Source: Sphingomonadaceae bacterium
GTDB lineage: Bacteria > Pseudomonadota > Alphaproteobacteria > Sphingomonadales > Sphingomonadaceae
Length of the DNA: 64,000 nucleotides
Direction of reading: 5' to 3'
Assembly: GCA_025356175.1 (NCBI GenBank)
Contig: JANXUP010000039.1
Coordinates: 2,174-66,173 of the forward strand
The notes beneath the pieces were generated by a model. That model did no database searches. It was not told the origin of the DNA and worked only from the letters and a program-made list of their open reading frames with translations. The first letter of the stretch is position 1. Every line of letters begins with the position of its first letter. A program made the translations under genes and the position numbers. This document shows positions 48,608 through 58,378 of this stretch, piece by piece.

Positions 48608-50029
48608 ATGACCGCACTATTGCTCGCCCGGGCGCAATTCGCCTTCACGCTGAGCTTCCATTTCCTCTTCCCGGCGTTTTCGATCGGCCTGGCGAGCTTT
48701 CTCGCGGTGCTCGAGGCGCTGTGGCTCAAGACCGGGGCCGGGGTCTACGCCAACCTTTACCGTTACTGGTTGAGGATTTTCGCGGTCGTGTTTGCGATGG
48801 GCGTCGTCTCGGGCATCGTCATGTCATATCAGTTCGGCACCAACTGGTCGGTTTTCTCGGACAAGGCCGGGCCGGTGATCGGCCCGCTGATGGCTTACGA
48901 AGTGCTGACCGCCTTCTTCCTTGAAGCGGGCTTTCTTGGCGTCATGCTGTTCGGGATCAACAAGGTCGGGCCGCGCCTGCATTTTGTCGCCACTCTGGCC
49001 GTGGCCGTGGGCACTTTCATCTCTGCGTTCTGGATCCTCGCGGTCAACAGCTGGATGCAGACCCCGACGGGTTATGAGATGGCGCCCAACGGCCAGTTCG
49101 TTCCGGGGCCGAGCTGGCTGGCGATCATCTTCAATCCCAGCTTCCCCTACCGGCTGGTGCACACCGTACTCGCTGCGTACCTGACGACCGCCTTCGCGGT
49201 GGGTGGGGTCGGCGCCTGGCACCTGCTCCGGGACCGCCACAACCCCGGCGCGCGCAAGATGTTCTCGATGGCCATGTGGATGGCGGCCGTGGTCGCCCCG
49301 CTCCAGGTTTTCGCCGGCGACCTGCACGGCCTCAACACGCTCGAACATCAGCCGGCCAAGGTCATGGCGATGGAAGGCCATTACCAAAGCCACCCGCACG
49401 GTGCCCCGCTGATCCTGTTCGGCATCCCCGACAGCAAGGCGCAGCGGGTCGACTACGCCATCCAAATTCCCCAGGCCTCCTCGCTGATCCTGAAGCACGA
49501 TCCGAACGCGCCGCTGGCCGGGCTCGACACGATCCCGGCAGCTGACCGGCCGCCGGTCGGGATCGTCTTCTGGGCCTTCCGGGTGATGGTCGGGCTTGGC
49601 ATGGCGATGTTCGGGCTGGGACTGTGGAGCCTGCTCGCGCGCTGGCGGGGCAAGCTGTTCGACTGGACCTGGCTGCACCGCGGTGCGCTGGCGATGGGCC
49701 CGGCGGGCTTCGTGGCCGTGCTGGCTGGCTGGATCGTTACCGAGGTCGGACGCCAGCCCTTTACGATCTATGGCCTGCTGCGCACCGCGGACAGCGTCTC
49801 GCCGCTCGCCGCGCCAGCCGTGGCGGCCTCGCTCGCGGCCTTCGCGACAGTTTATTTCGCGGTGTTCGGAACCGGTATCTGGTATCTGCTGCGGCTGATG
49901 CACAAGCCCCCCGAAGCGCATGAAGCCCCGCCATCTGCCGCTCCGATCAGAAGCGCGGGTATCACCCCGGCACCGCAGCTGGCCGAAGGCGATGCCCTGC
50001 CCGGCACGCCGGACAAGGAGACCGAATGA
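48608..50029 (+). CDS. cydA: Cytochrome bd-type quinol oxidase subunit I (short Q-loop, CioA-like)
   Basis: ARAQFAFT.SFH..FP, YQFGTNW, EAGFLG, NSWMQTP and GWIVTEVGRQP. GGAGG SD. Confidence 0.93.
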   Translation: MTALLLARAQFAFTLSFHFLFPAFSIGLASFLAVLEALWLKTGAGVYANLYRYWLRIFAVVFAMGVVSGIVMSYQFGTNWSVFSDKAGPVIGPLMAYEVLTAFFLEAGFLGVMLFGINKVGPRLHFVATLAVAVGTFISAFWILAVNSWMQTPTGYEMAPNGQFVPGPSWLAIIFNPSFPYRLVHTVLAAYLTTAFAVGGVGAWHLLRDRHNPGARKMFSMAMWMAAVVAPLQVFAGDLHGLNTLEHQPAKVMAMEGHYQSHPHGAPLILFGIPDSKAQRVDYAIQIPQASSLILKHDPNAPLAGLDTIPAADRPPVGIVFWAFRVMVGLGMAMFGLGLWSLLARWRGKLFDWTWLHRGALAMGPAGFVAVLAGWIVTEVGRQPFTIYGLLRTADSVSPLAAPAVAASLAAFATVYFAVFGTGIWYLLRLMHKPPEAHEAPPSAAPIRSAGITPAPQLAEGDALPGTPDKETE

Positions 50030-51024
50030 TGGATCTCACCGTCATCTGGGCCGGGATCATCGGCTTCGCCATTACCGCCTATGTGATCATGGACGGCTTC
50101 GATTTGGGCATCGGCATCCTGTTCCCGCTGTTCGAGGTGGGCAGCAAGCGCGATACCGCAATGAACAGCATCGCGCCCGTGTGGGACGGCAACGAAACGT
50201 GGCTGGTACTGGGCGGCGGCGGGCTGCTTGCGGCCTTCCCGCTGGCTTATGCGATCATCCTTCCCGCGCTTTACGCACCGTTGATGGCCATGCTGCTGGG
50301 GCTGGTGCTGCGCGGCGTGGCCTTCGAATTCCGCTGGCGCGATCCGGCGCACCGCCCGCTGTGGGATATCGCCTTCACCGCCGGATCGCTGGTTGCCGCC
50401 TTTGCCCAAGGCGTAACCCTGGGGGCCTTGCTGCAAGGTATCACGGTCGTCGGCCGCGCTTACGGCGGCGGCTGGTGGGACTGGCTCTCGCCATTTTCCA
50501 TCCTGACCGGAACCGGGCTGGTGGCCGGCTATGCCTTGCTGGGTGCCTGCTGGCTCAACTGGAAGACCGAGGGCGACCTGCAGGATCAATGCGCTCGCTA
50601 CGCGCGGCGGCTCGGCATCGTCCTGCTCGCCGTCATAGCTGCGGTCAGCCTGGCCACGCTGACGCTTGAGCCGCGCTATGCCGAGCGCTGGCTCGCCTGG
50701 CCCGGGATTCTCGCCACGGCGCAGGTCCCCCTGGCCACCCTGATCGTCTCGTTCATGTACTATCGAAGCCTGGCGCGGCGCCGCGATGCGCAACCGTTCT
50801 TCTGGGCGCTGGGCCTGTTCGGCCTGTGCCTGGTCGGGCTGGGAATTTCGATCTGGCCGGACGTGATCCCGGCGCGGGTGACCATCTGGCAAGCGGCGGC
50901 ACCTTACCGCAGCCAGGCGTTCATGCTGGTTGGCGCCGCTGTGCTGGTCCCGGTGATCCCGGCCTACACCGCCTGGGCCTATTGGGTCTTTCGCGGCAAG
51001 GTCGGCAGCGACGGTTACCACTGA
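50026..51024 (+). CDS. cydB: Cytochrome bd-type quinol oxidase subunit II
   Basis: DGFDLG.G, PVWDGNETWLV, RGVAFEFR and YWVFRGKV motifs. Confidence 0.93.
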   Translation: MMDLTVIWAGIIGFAITAYVIMDGFDLGIGILFPLFEVGSKRDTAMNSIAPVWDGNETWLVLGGGGLLAAFPLAYAIILPALYAPLMAMLLGLVLRGVAFEFRWRDPAHRPLWDIAFTAGSLVAAFAQGVTLGALLQGITVVGRAYGGGWWDWLSPFSILTGTGLVAGYALLGACWLNWKTEGDLQDQCARYARRLGIVLLAVIAAVSLATLTLEPRYAERWLAWPGILATAQVPLATLIVSFMYYRSLARRRDAQPFFWALGLFGLCLVGLGISIWPDVIPARVTIWQAAAPYRSQAFMLVGAAVLVPVIPAYTAWAYWVFRGKVGSDGYH

Positions 51025-51128
51025 TGGCGCGATGGCAGCGCCTTGGCTGGTTCGTGGCGATCTGGGCCGCCAGCGTGACAGCGGTCGTCCTGTTGGGTCA
51101 GGCCATTCGTGTCATGGTGCGGCCTTGA
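51024..51128 (+). CDS. Small single-TM protein following cydB (DUF2474-like)
   Basis: MARWQRLGWFVAIWAASVTAVVLLGQAIRVMVRP, coupled to cydB by TGATG. Confidence 0.72.
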   Translation: MARWQRLGWFVAIWAASVTAVVLLGQAIRVMVRP

Positions 51129-51143
51129 GCTTCGACGGGCCGG

Positions 51144-51611
51144 TCAACCCTTGCCGGTGCCTGTCAATGCGGGATCTCCGGCACCGGCCCGTCCCGCAAG
51201 AAGCTCATCGACCGATTGGGCGCGGCCGGGATCGGTGGGTTCGGCGGGTTCGGCAGCGCCGGTCACTTCGCGTTCCAGCGCAGTCCTGATCCGCTCGATT
51301 TCGGCCTCATCGAGCCGTTCGATCCCCACGAACCCACTGCGCGCATCGGCGATGGCGCGCAAGATCTCGTCGAGCTTGGCCTGGATCGCGGCACCGTCGC
51401 GGTTCTGGCTGTTCTGGATCAGGAACACGGCCAGAAAGGTCAGCACCGTGGTCGCGGTGTTGATGACCAGCTGCCAGGTATCCGAATAGTGGAAAAGCGG
51501 GCCACTTAGCGCCCAAACAATACACGCCCCAGTCGCGCCGAGGAATGCCTGGGGCCGGCCCATCAGGGTGGCGCAGCGCGAAGCGAGCTGCGCGAAAGAT
51601 GGGCGCTTCAT
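51144..51611 (-). CDS. Low-affinity iron permease (Fet4-like) family protein
   Basis: GPLFHYSDTWQLVINTATT...FLIQNSQNRD..AIQAKLDE. ATG at 51611. Confidence 0.85.
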   Translation of the reverse strand: MKRPSFAQLASRCATLMGRPQAFLGATGACIVWALSGPLFHYSDTWQLVINTATTVLTFLAVFLIQNSQNRDGAAIQAKLDEILRAIADARSGFVGIERLDEAEIERIRTALEREVTGAAEPAEPTDPGRAQSVDELLAGRAGAGDPALTGTGKG

Positions 51612-51664
51612 GGCACGACCCGCGCCGGCAATGAAATGTGGTGGGTATTTTGCATGTGACATAA

Positions 51665-51689
51665 AACACGCCGCCCGGACGGAAGTTCC
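51665..51689 (-). promoter_or_regulatory. Candidate EcfG/SigT (general stress response) promoter
   Basis: Minus strand reads GGAAC-N17-GTT, about 54 nt upstream of the iron-permease-family start. Confidence 0.6.
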
Positions 51690-51784
51690 CGCGCCGTTTG
51701 GGTGGCGGACGGGCATTTGCCGGAATTGCGTAACCACAAATAAACCATTGCCGCGCACATTGGGCTTTCCGCCAAGTCCGGGAA

Positions 51785-53122
51785 ATGCGTGTGACCACCA
51801 TCGTCATCGATGGATTGAACGAAGAAGACTTCCGCCGTTCGGTCCAAAACAGATTGCGTGAGGGACGAGTCGCCCCGGCGATTGCGCGCTTGCGCACGCT
51901 GCTGGCGCCTTACGCCGGGCCCGATGGTCCGCTGCCCGAACGCTTCCTCACCGTGACGCCGGCCGAACTGATATTCTCAGGCTGGGAAAGCCTGGGCGAT
52001 GCCATCGCCCGCCATGATCGTCCGGGACGGCTGGTCACCGCGCTGGGCATCGCTTTTGGCTGGGCTGGCGAAGAAGTACCGCAGCCCGATGCCGAGGGAC
52101 GGCTGCAACCCTATCTCGAAACCGCCTATTTCAACGACGATTCGTTCCCTTTCTCGCAAAGCAGCCGCGATAACCTGCTTGAAGGCTATTCGGCGGAAGG
52201 CTGCACCTGGGGCGGCGATAACCTGGCGGTCGATACCGCCTTGGTAGTCCACGGGATCGATGACCTTTACGGAGCGCTGGCCGCGCTGGAAGCACACCTT
52301 CTGGCGAGCGACGAGCCAGATGAAACCGGGCTGGTCGCCGGCTCGATCGGAGCCTGCCTGCTCTCGGCCTTGCTGGTCGAGGCGGTCAAGGTCCAGATCG
52401 CCAACCACGGCCTGCCGCGCCCGGTCTGCGTGACCGCTGGCAGCAACGGGGTTTACCCCTATTTCGACGCGCCGATTGCCGGAATGCCGGCCGGCGTGCT
52501 CAAGGCCAACGAGAATGCCGAAGACATGGTCCCGGCGGATCAGGGTGTGCCGGTTCCGCGGTATTCCAGCCTGCTGGTGACCAGCATTCCCCGGGCGCGC
52601 AAACGTGCGGTGTTGGTACTTAGCGAAAACGAGGACGAGACGGCGCATCGGCTCGCCGGACTGCGGCAGTTGCATCACCCCGAACCCGAAGCGCCGGTCG
52701 TCCCGGCACCAGTACCAGAGCCAGAGCGTTTCGAACCCGGCGCTCCCGAACCGGAGCCGGTTCTGGCGCATGAAGCCGGCGGCCTGCTGCTCGCCAAGAA
52801 GCCGCCCAAGACCAGCAGCGACTTTCGCGACATGCTCACCCCGCGCGAAGGCGATTTGCAGCAGCGCTTGCAGAGCCTGCTCGCCACTCACACTCCGCGC
52901 CCCGCCGAAGCCGAGCACCTGCCCGAACCAACGCTCGACCGGGAACCGGAAGCAGAACTGCCCGCCGAACCGCCAAGGCTGGAGCAGGAAATCCAAGCTG
53001 AGGCCCAAGCCCTTGTCGTTGGCGAAGCCGAGTCCGAATGGTTCGAGGATGAACCCAGACCTTCGCGCTGGGCGCGGATGAAGTCCTGGATTGGTGCCTT
53101 GGGCCGCCGCCGCGCGGACTAA
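51785..53122 (+). CDS. Hypothetical protein with Pro/Glu-rich C-terminal region
   Basis: Long ORF with host-like codon usage and no recognised motif. Confidence 0.65.
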   Translation: MRVTTIVIDGLNEEDFRRSVQNRLREGRVAPAIARLRTLLAPYAGPDGPLPERFLTVTPAELIFSGWESLGDAIARHDRPGRLVTALGIAFGWAGEEVPQPDAEGRLQPYLETAYFNDDSFPFSQSSRDNLLEGYSAEGCTWGGDNLAVDTALVVHGIDDLYGALAALEAHLLASDEPDETGLVAGSIGACLLSALLVEAVKVQIANHGLPRPVCVTAGSNGVYPYFDAPIAGMPAGVLKANENAEDMVPADQGVPVPRYSSLLVTSIPRARKRAVLVLSENEDETAHRLAGLRQLHHPEPEAPVVPAPVPEPERFEPGAPEPEPVLAHEAGGLLLAKKPPKTSSDFRDMLTPREGDLQQRLQSLLATHTPRPAEAEHLPEPTLDREPEAELPAEPPRLEQEIQAEAQALVVGEAESEWFEDEPRPSRWARMKSWIGALGRRRAD

Positions 53123-53261
53123 GCCGCCACAACCCCTGTTTTTGCGCGCGGCCGTTGGCTGGTTCCGGTGATATCCGCCGCATGCACTCGCGCGCTTGAG
53201 TGACGCAGGCATTGCGCTAGGTTGCGGGCAAGGCTGGCAACCGGCCACGTGGAGAAGAGAA

Positions 53262-54986
53262 ATGGCATCGAAACTGGAAGTGCCGGCCCATTGGCCGGTA
53301 CGCTCGCTGGGCGAGATCGAGGCGCTGCTGTGCGCGCCGGGTGCACCGTTCGAAATGGAGGTCGTCCAAATTCGCGGAGTCCCGACCCGGGTGTGGAAGA
53401 ACGCCCCGGCCAGCCTTGCCGCGCTTGCTGCGGTCGGACGCAGCCACTGCGATGCGACCTTCCTGGTGTACGAAGACGAACGGGTAACCTTTGCCGCGTG
53501 GCACAAGGCAGTGGCAGCGCTGGCGGCGGAACTGCAGCGGCTTGGCGTGACCAAGGGTGACCGCGTCGCGCTGGCCTCACGCAACCTGCCCGAATGGCCG
53601 GTGGTGTTCTTCGCCACGACTGTGCTGGGCGCAATCTGCGTGCCGCTCAACGCATGGTGGACCGGACAGGAGCTGAGCTACGGCCTGACCAATTCGGGTG
53701 CCAAAGTGCTGGTCTGCGATGGCGAGCGGCTGGCCCGGATCGAACCGCACCTGACCGAGCTGCCAAACCTGGCGACGGTGATTGTCTCGCGGCTGGCCGA
53801 GGCTCCCGCCGGCGTGCTGCGGCTCGAAGACCTGATCGGCACTTCGCAGCAGTGGCCGGGCCTGCCCGATGCCGACTTGCCCCCCATCGAGATCGCTTCG
53901 GACGACCCAGCGACAATCCTTTATACCTCGGGCACCACCGGCAATCCCAAGGGCGCGCTGGGCACGCACCGCAACCTTACCACCAACATCATGTCGGGCG
54001 GCTATGCTGCGGCACGCTCGGTGCTGCGCCGCGAAAATGCGCTGCCCGAGCCGGCCAGGAAAGTTTTGCTGACGGTCATCCCGCTGTTCCACGCCACCGC
54101 CTGCTCGGCCACGCTGATGGGCGCGATCGCGGGCGGGCACACCATCGTGCTGATGTACAAGTGGGACCCGGTCCAGGCCTTCGGAATCATCGAGCGCGAA
54201 AAGGTCAACGCCACTGGCGGGGTGCCGACCATCGCCTGGCAGCTGCTCGAGCATCCCGACCGCGACAAGTACGATCTCTCGAGCATCGAGACGATCGGTT
54301 ACGGCGGCGCGCCTAGCGCGCCCGAACTGGTCAAGAAGATCTTCGAGGTGTTCGGCGCGCTCCCCGGCAACGGCTGGGGCATGACCGAAACCTCGGCCAC
54401 GGTCACCACCCATTCGGCCGAGGATTACCTGGGCCGCCCGACCAGCTGCGGGCCGCCGGTGGCCGCCGCCGACCTGCAGATTCGCAGCGATGACGGGGTG
54501 ACCTTGCTGCCCAGCGGCGAAGTGGGCGAACTGTGGGCGCGCGGGCCGATGATCGTCGCGGGCTACTGGCAAAACCCTGAGGCCACGGCGGCAACCTTCG
54601 TCGATGGCTGGGTGCGCACCGGCGACCTGGCCTGGCTTGACGCGGAAGGCTTCTGCTTCATCGCCGACCGGGCCAAGGACATGGTCATTCGCGGCGGCGA
54701 GAATATCTATTCGTCCGAGGTTGAGAACGCGCTTTACGAGCACCCCGCGGTTACCGACGCGGCGGTGGTCGGCATTCCCCATCGCACGCTGGGCGAAGAG
54801 CCGGCGGCGGTGGTCCACCTCGCGCCTGGCAGCAGTGCCAGCGAAGACGAACTGCGCAGCTTCGTGCGCGAGCGGATCGCCGCGTTCAAGGTGCCGGTGC
54901 GGATCCTGTTCCATCCCGAAACCCTGCCGCGCAACGCCAACGGCAAGATCTTGAAGAAAGAGCTGAGGGGGCTGTTCGGCGAGTAA
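53262..54986 (+). CDS. Class I adenylate-forming enzyme (long-chain acyl-CoA ligase family)
   Basis: YTSGTTGNPKG, GWGMTET, RTGDL, DRAKDMVIRGGEN and NGKILK motifs. Confidence 0.92.
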   Translation: MASKLEVPAHWPVRSLGEIEALLCAPGAPFEMEVVQIRGVPTRVWKNAPASLAALAAVGRSHCDATFLVYEDERVTFAAWHKAVAALAAELQRLGVTKGDRVALASRNLPEWPVVFFATTVLGAICVPLNAWWTGQELSYGLTNSGAKVLVCDGERLARIEPHLTELPNLATVIVSRLAEAPAGVLRLEDLIGTSQQWPGLPDADLPPIEIASDDPATILYTSGTTGNPKGALGTHRNLTTNIMSGGYAAARSVLRRENALPEPARKVLLTVIPLFHATACSATLMGAIAGGHTIVLMYKWDPVQAFGIIEREKVNATGGVPTIAWQLLEHPDRDKYDLSSIETIGYGGAPSAPELVKKIFEVFGALPGNGWGMTETSATVTTHSAEDYLGRPTSCGPPVAAADLQIRSDDGVTLLPSGEVGELWARGPMIVAGYWQNPEATAATFVDGWVRTGDLAWLDAEGFCFIADRAKDMVIRGGENIYSSEVENALYEHPAVTDAAVVGIPHRTLGEEPAAVVHLAPGSSASEDELRSFVRERIAAFKVPVRILFHPETLPRNANGKILKKELRGLFGE

Positions 54987-55227
54987 CAACAGTGCACAAG
55001 TGCAGCACAAACAGGTCAACCTGCACCACAACCCGACAGCAATTGTTCGAATTTAATAAGCTATTTCAATAGCTTGGCCGAAATTCAGGGCATTTCGCGC
55101 GGGCCGGACCGCTTGGGACCGTGGCTGGCGAAAGGCAGCGCCGCCATAACCGAACATCGTGCTGTAGGAAAATGCCGCACCACGGGCGCGTTTACGCTTT
55201 GGTAAGCCCGCCGCGCGACAATGCGGC

Positions 55228-55359
55228 ATGGCCCACGTGCTCGCTACCGTCTTTGTCCGGCCCTTGCCCGATCCGGCCGAGCTGCTGCGCCGGGCGATGG
55301 TGGTGAGCTGCGCGCTGGCTCTGATCCTGGCCGGCCCGGCCGTTCCACTAGGTTTGTAA
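55228..55359 (+). CDS. Putative 43-aa membrane microprotein (below the ORF-track cutoff)
   Basis: MAHVLATVFVRPLPDPAELLRRAMVVSCALALILAGPAVPLGL, with high GC at third codon positions and a hydrophobic C-terminal half. Confidence 0.5.
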   Translation: MAHVLATVFVRPLPDPAELLRRAMVVSCALALILAGPAVPLGL

Positions 55360-56094
55360 CAGCTTCCACAACGCCGCGAGCGCTGACAGCGCGAGCACCC
55401 CGCCAGTAAATCCGCGCCAGGCCTTGTCGCTGATCTTGCCGAAGGCCAAGTGTCCAAGCCAGTTGCCGAGCAGCACTGCGGGGAACAAGATCGCGGCCAA
55501 GGTGGGCTCGCGCACCGTTGCGACTCCCAGCAACGTGGCCGAGACCACTCCGGCCAACGACGTTGCGAGGAAAATCGTCATCATCGAGGCGCGCGCCAGA
55601 CCGGCCGGGATTTCGCGGCGCAGGTAATAGGGCACCACAGGCGGCCCGGGCATGCCGGCAAACCCGGTCAGTATTCCCGAAAGCAGTCCGGTTCCGCCCG
55701 TCTCGGGCAGGCTTGGCGCATAGTGCGCGGGCTTCTTCGGCAGCAAAATCAGCAGGAACGAACCAAACGCGATCAGCGCGATCAGCAACCGCGCCAGCGA
55801 TGGATCGGCGATTGACAGCAGCCACACGCCAAGCGGCGTAGCGAGCATCGCCATCAGCGAAATCTGGAAAGCGCTCCGTTCGCTCGCACCCAGGATTTTC
55901 TTGAGGCCGACCAATCCAATCAGCAGCCCCAGCCAGTTCGCCACCACCACCGCCTCACGCGGCGGGATTGCCAGCCCCAGCACCGGCACCAGCAGAATCG
56001 CCATGCCGAACCCCGCAAGGCCCCGCACGAACGCCGCCCCCAGCGCCGCAGCAACCGCGACGGCGATTTGCAGCTCGGTCAGCCCGCCCAGCAA
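55348..56094 (-). CDS. TauE/SafE family membrane protein
   Basis: VRGLAGFG and GFAGMPGPP repeats with multiple TMs. Likely TTG start immediately after the thrS stop. Confidence 0.82.
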   Translation of the reverse strand: MLGGLTELQIAVAVAAALGAAFVRGLAGFGMAILLVPVLGLAIPPREAVVVANWLGLLIGLVGLKKILGASERSAFQISLMAMLATPLGVWLLSIADPSLARLLIALIAFGSFLLILLPKKPAHYAPSLPETGGTGLLSGILTGFAGMPGPPVVPYYLRREIPAGLARASMMTIFLATSLAGVVSATLLGVATVREPTLAAILFPAVLLGNWLGHLAFGKISDKAWRGFTGGVLALSALAALWKLLQT

Positions 56095-56095
56095 G

Positions 56096-58090
56096 TCAGC
56101 GCAAATCCGGCGGCGTGGCCTGGGCCTTGAGCATGGCAATCGCCTCGGCCAGCGGCATCACTTTCTGGTGCTCCGCGTCCATCGAGCGCAGCGCGACGGT
56201 GCCCTCTTCGGCCTCGCGCTTGCCGAGCACCAGCAGGTGCGGAACCTTCTTCAGGGAATGCTCGCGCACCTTGTAGTTGATCTTCTCGTTGCGCAGATCG
56301 GCCTCGACGCGGATCCCGGCAGCCTCAAGCTGGCGCACCACATCGCGGGCATAGTCATCGGCATCCGAGACGATCGTCGCGACCACCGCCTGCACCGGGG
56401 CGAGCCACACCGGCAGCTTGCCCGCGTAGTGCTCGATCATGATCCCGATGAACCGCTCGAACGTGCCGAGGATCGCGCGGTGAAGCATCACCGGACGGTG
56501 CTTTTCGCCGTCCTCGCCGATGTAGCTCGCGTCGAGCCGTTCGGGCAGCACAGTGTCGGTCTGCAGGGTGCCGCACTGCCACGTCCGCCCGATCGCATCG
56601 GTCAGGTGAAACTCCAGCTTGGGCGCATAGAACGCGCCTTCGCCGGGCAGCTCTTCCCAGCCGAACTGCTCGGTCGCGCGGCCGGTGGCGATCACCGCAT
56701 CGCGCAGGCTCGCCTCGGACCAGTCCCACATTTCGTCCGAACCGAACCGCTGATCGGGGCGCAAGGCGAGCTTGATCGCGTAATCGGCGAAACCGAGGTC
56801 CTTGTAGATCAGGTCGAGCAGGTCGCAGAATGACTTCACTTCTTCGACCAGCTGGTCGGGCCGCACGAAGATATGCGCATCGTCCTGCGTGAACTGACGC
56901 ACCCGCATGATCCCGTGAAGCGCACCGTGAGCCTCGTTGCGGTGGCAGCAACCGAACTCGGCCATCCGCAGCGGCAGGTCGCGGTAGCTCTTGATCCCCT
57001 GCTTGAAGATCAGGATGTGCGCCGGGCAGTTCATCGGCTTGAGCGCCATCCAGTCGGCCTCGCCGCTGATAACCGGACCCTCATCCTCGGTGTTGGGCAC
57101 TTCGTCGGGGATGACGAACATGTTCTCGCGGTATTTGCCCCAGTGGCCCGATTGCTCCCACTGCTTGGCGTCCATGACCTGCGGGGTCTTGACCTCGTCA
57201 TAGCCTGCCTGATCGAGCCGGCGGCGCATGTAAGCCTCCAGCGCGCGCCAGATCAGGTAGCCCTTGGGGTGCCAGAAGACCGAGCCGTGTGCTTCGCTCT
57301 GAAGGTGGAACAGGTCCATCTCCTGCCCCAGCTTGCGGTGATCGCGCTTGGCCGCTTCTTCCAGCCGGTTTAGGTGAGCATCAAGCTGTTTTTTGTTTAG
57401 CCAACCGGTGCCGTATATGCGCGACAACTGATCGTTCTTTTGATCGCCGCGCCAATATGCACCCGACACTCGCGTCAGCTTGAATGCAGCCGGATCGAGC
57501 TTGCCAGTCGAGGGCAAGTGCGGCCCACGACACATATCAAACCAATCGTCCCCAGACCAATAGACCGTCAGCTCTTCGCCCTCGGGAAGTTCTGCTGCCC
57601 ATTCAGCCTTATATATCTCGCCAGCTTCCTGCCATTTGGCGATCAGCTCGTCACGCGCAATCACTTCGCGTCTGAGCGGCTTATCCTCGGCGATAATGCG
57701 GCGCATCTCGAACTCGATATTCGCCAGTTCACCGTCAGTGAACGCACCTCCAACCGGGGCAAAGTCATAATAGAAGCCGTCGTCGGTTGAGGGACCGAAT
57801 GTGATTTGAGTGTTGGGATGCATTCGCTGCACCGCTTCGGCGAGAACATGGGCAAAGTCGTGCCGCGCCAGTTCGAGCGCGTCGGCCTCGTCGCGCGAGG
57901 TGACCAGCGCGAGTTGCGCATCGCCGGTGAACGGCCGCGACAGGTCAACCAGTTCGCCATTAACCCGCGCCGCCAACGCGGCTTTCGCAAGGCCTGGGCC
58001 GATCGCTGCGGCAACGTCTGCCGGAGTCGATCCCATCGGCATTTCGCGCGACGAACCATCGGGCAGGCTGATCTTGAACTGGTCTGACAT
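56096..58090 (-). CDS. thrS: Threonine--tRNA ligase
   Basis: TGS domain, [51 protein letters not shown] and LHRAILG. Start is 58090 or 58096. Confidence 0.97.
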   Translation of the reverse strand: MSDQFKISLPDGSSREMPMGSTPADVAAAIGPGLAKAALAARVNGELVDLSRPFTGDAQLALVTSRDEADALELARHDFAHVLAEAVQRMHPNTQITFGPSTDDGFYYDFAPVGGAFTDGELANIEFEMRRIIAEDKPLRREVIARDELIAKWQEAGEIYKAEWAAELPEGEELTVYWSGDDWFDMCRGPHLPSTGKLDPAAFKLTRVSGAYWRGDQKNDQLSRIYGTGWLNKKQLDAHLNRLEEAAKRDHRKLGQEMDLFHLQSEAHGSVFWHPKGYLIWRALEAYMRRRLDQAGYDEVKTPQVMDAKQWEQSGHWGKYRENMFVIPDEVPNTEDEGPVISGEADWMALKPMNCPAHILIFKQGIKSYRDLPLRMAEFGCCHRNEAHGALHGIMRVRQFTQDDAHIFVRPDQLVEEVKSFCDLLDLIYKDLGFADYAIKLALRPDQRFGSDEMWDWSEASLRDAVIATGRATEQFGWEELPGEGAFYAPKLEFHLTDAIGRTWQCGTLQTDTVLPERLDASYIGEDGEKHRPVMLHRAILGTFERFIGIMIEHYAGKLPVWLAPVQAVVATIVSDADDYARDVVRQLEAAGIRVEADLRNEKINYKVREHSLKKVPHLLVLGKREAEEGTVALRSMDAEHQKVMPLAEAIAMLKAQATPPDLR

Positions 58091-58233
58091 GCTCATTCTT
58101 TCGCGTTTCTGCGCGGCGCTTTGGCACAAGCGGGCGCGCACCGGAAGGGGCGGCGTCGGTATCGATCAGGTTTGGGTGGTGACGCCAGCCATCCGAACCA
58201 GTTACTGGCCCAGGACGGCGGCGCGGCTTCGGC

Positions 58234-58305
58234 TCAGGCGAAGACGGCCAGCCCCGGGGTTGCCCGGGTGGTGGTAGTCAGTGTCGAGGCGAAGCGCTGC
58301 GTCAT
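58234..58305 (-). CDS. Thr-rich leader peptide upstream of thrS
   Basis: MTQRFASTLTTTTRATPGLAVFA*: 7 Thr in 23 codons, four consecutive. It ends about 140 nt before the thrS start. Confidence 0.8.
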   Translation of the reverse strand: MTQRFASTLTTTTRATPGLAVFA

Positions 58306-58313
58306 CGCGAGGT

Positions 58314-58342
58314 CTGATAGCAGGCAGTGGTGAACAATTCAA
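58314..58342 (-). promoter_or_regulatory. Candidate sigma70 promoter for the thrS leader
   Basis: Minus strand reads TTGAAT-N17-TATCAG, 8 nt before the leader ATG. Confidence 0.5.
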
Positions 58343-58378
58343 TTGCCGCAGCGCCGCGTGGGGCGGCGAGCAAGGAAT

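Noticed and set aside
55190-55206. CtrA-like site TTTA-N7-GTAA before the microprotein
   Set aside because: Both half-sites deviate from TTAA, which is too weak to support.
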